Shown piece by piece: positions 62,926-64,000 of a stretch of 64,000 bases of DNA. The position numbers and the translations under genes are program-made. The notes beneath the pieces were generated by a model, which searched no databases, was not told the origin of the DNA, and saw only the letters and a program-made list of their open reading frames with translations. Numbering within the stretch: the first letter of the stretch is position 1; every line of letters begins with the position of its first letter. Source of the DNA: an uncultured Endomicrobiia bacterium (GTDB lineage Bacteria > Elusimicrobiota > Endomicrobiia > DTEH01); the NCBI GenBank assembly GCA_937928765.1, contig CALFVX010000001.1:86744-150743 (forward strand), given 5' to 3'.

Positions 62926-63558
62926 ATGGAACGAAGATATTTAAAAGGCATAATAGAAACCTTACTTTTTATCACAGACAAACCTTTAAGTAAACAAAAA
63001 ATTGTTGAACTAATAGATGACAAAGAAACTACAATAGAAGTTGTCTCTGAACTATTAGACGAACTTATTACAGATTATCTAAAATATTCTTCACTGGAAA
63101 TAAGACAAGTAGCTGAAGGATACCAGATTGCAACAAAACCAGAATTTGCAGAATATGTAAGAAAATTGTATAAAGAAAGAACATTATTAAAATTATCACC
63201 TGCTGCTGTTGAAACATTAGCTATTATAGCATATCGTCAACCTGTTACAAAAGCAGAGATTGAAGAAACACGCGGTGTTGACAGCACAGCTGTTATAGAA
63301 ACATTACTTGAAAGAAAACTTATAAAAATAGTAGGTAGAAAAGAAGTAATAGGAAGACCTCTTATTTATGCAACTACACAAGAATTTTTAAAATATTTCG
63401 GATTAAATTCATTGTCAGATCTTCCTCCTATAGATCAGTTTATAGAAGAAAATACAGAAAATGAACAACAGGAAAATTTTCAAGAAAGTATTTCTGAAGT
63501 TATTAATGATGAACAAATAACTAACCATGATATAGTTGAAAATAAAGAAAATAATTAA
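62926..63558 (+). CDS. scpB: SMC-Scp complex subunit ScpB
   Basis: IIETLLF, LSPAAVETLAIIAYRQPVTKAEIEETRGVDS and GRPLIYATTQEFLKYFGLNSLSDLP; acidic tail. Confidence 0.95.
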   Translation: MERRYLKGIIETLLFITDKPLSKQKIVELIDDKETTIEVVSELLDELITDYLKYSSLEIRQVAEGYQIATKPEFAEYVRKLYKERTLLKLSPAAVETLAIIAYRQPVTKAEIEETRGVDSTAVIETLLERKLIKIVGRKEVIGRPLIYATTQEFLKYFGLNSLSDLPPIDQFIEENTENEQQENFQESISEVINDEQITNHDIVENKENN

Positions 63559-63563
63559 AATTT

Positions 63564-64000
63564 ATGAATTTAGGAATATCTACTATATATTTTTCTAAAG
63601 ATATTATTAATAGAAAAATTTCATGGGATGTATTAATTGACAATTTGAAAAATTTAGAGATAAATTGTGTAGAACTAAATACAGATATTCCTGTTGATTG
63701 GATGAAATATATTTATAAAAGTGTAAAAAATAAAGAAGTAAAAGTTTTGTCTTTACACAATTTCTGTCCTGCTGTAGAAAATATTCCAAAAGGTAAGTTT
63801 GGATTTAATGTTTATTCTTTAACTTCTGATGACGAAAATGAAAGAAATCTTGCGTTAGAATACACTCTTAGAACTATTAGTTATGCTTTAGAACTTAATG
63901 CTGAAGTTGTAGTTTTACACTTAGGTGAAATTAAAACAGAACCATCAGCTGAAGAGTTTTATAAATTTGTATTAAATTTTGGGATAGGTTCAAAATTGTA
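63564..64000 (+). CDS. Sugar phosphate isomerase/epimerase-like TIM-barrel protein (3'-truncated)
   Basis: Not in the ORF track because it has no stop in the window. Own translation: MNLGISTIYF...CVELN...SLHNFCP...LTSDDENERNLALEYTLRTISYALELNAEVVVLHLG, a xylose-isomerase-like/AP endonuclease 2 pattern. Confidence 0.8.
   Translation, partial: MNLGISTIYFSKDIINRKISWDVLIDNLKNLEINCVELNTDIPVDWMKYIYKSVKNKEVKVLSLHNFCPAVENIPKGKFGFNVYSLTSDDENERNLALEYTLRTISYALELNAEVVVLHLGEIKTEPSAEEFYKFVLNFGIGSKL

Noticed and set aside
50407-63789. Short minus-strand ORFs at 50407-50604, 61326-61529 and 63607-63789
   Set aside because: They are antisense to well-supported genes (obgE, gmhA/rfaE2, TIM-barrel isomerase).
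1-64000. CRISPR array, IS/integrase, prophage or diversity-generating retroelement
   Set aside because: No short direct-repeat/spacer array, transposase, integrase, reverse transcriptase or near-identical TR/VR pair was seen, and no att-like tRNA duplication.

Overview
This is a bacterial chromosomal window, probably from an AT-rich Elusimicrobiota-like or other uncultured diderm lineage (inferred from protein style and the C-terminal sorting domain). About 71% of it is one uninterrupted reading frame, open from base 2 to a stop at 45724. It encodes at least 15,240 aa of a giant, apparently non-catalytic surface protein whose N-terminus lies upstream of the window. From N to C the protein has: about 63 diverged Trp-rich Ig-like repeats of ~124 aa, which hide a 21-domain (~7.8 kb) titin-like super-repeat; 32 repeats of a different ~125-aa 'LPGET..PG..GK.G' family; a few transitional Ig-like domains; about 8 larger Ca-loop beta-sandwich domains plus four copies of a small phage-virion-like insert; a cluster of 8 DxxxDG loops; an FN3-like domain; and a FlgD-Ig/T9SS-like C-terminal sorting domain. 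The remaining 18 kb is much more AT-rich and mostly housekeeping: dnaJ-rsmE-mtaB, rplU-rpmA-obgE, tRNA-Thr, two tandem membrane GGDEF cyclases, a ComEC-type MBL hydrolase, tRNA-Lys/His/Val/Asp, an orphan sugar-ABC ATPase, a minus-strand radical SAM-tatD-yfhO-small Cys protein unit, gmhA-rfaE2, an orphan acsD/cdhD, scpB and a truncated TIM-barrel isomerase. Repeat counts and similarities were made by eye, with no database searches.
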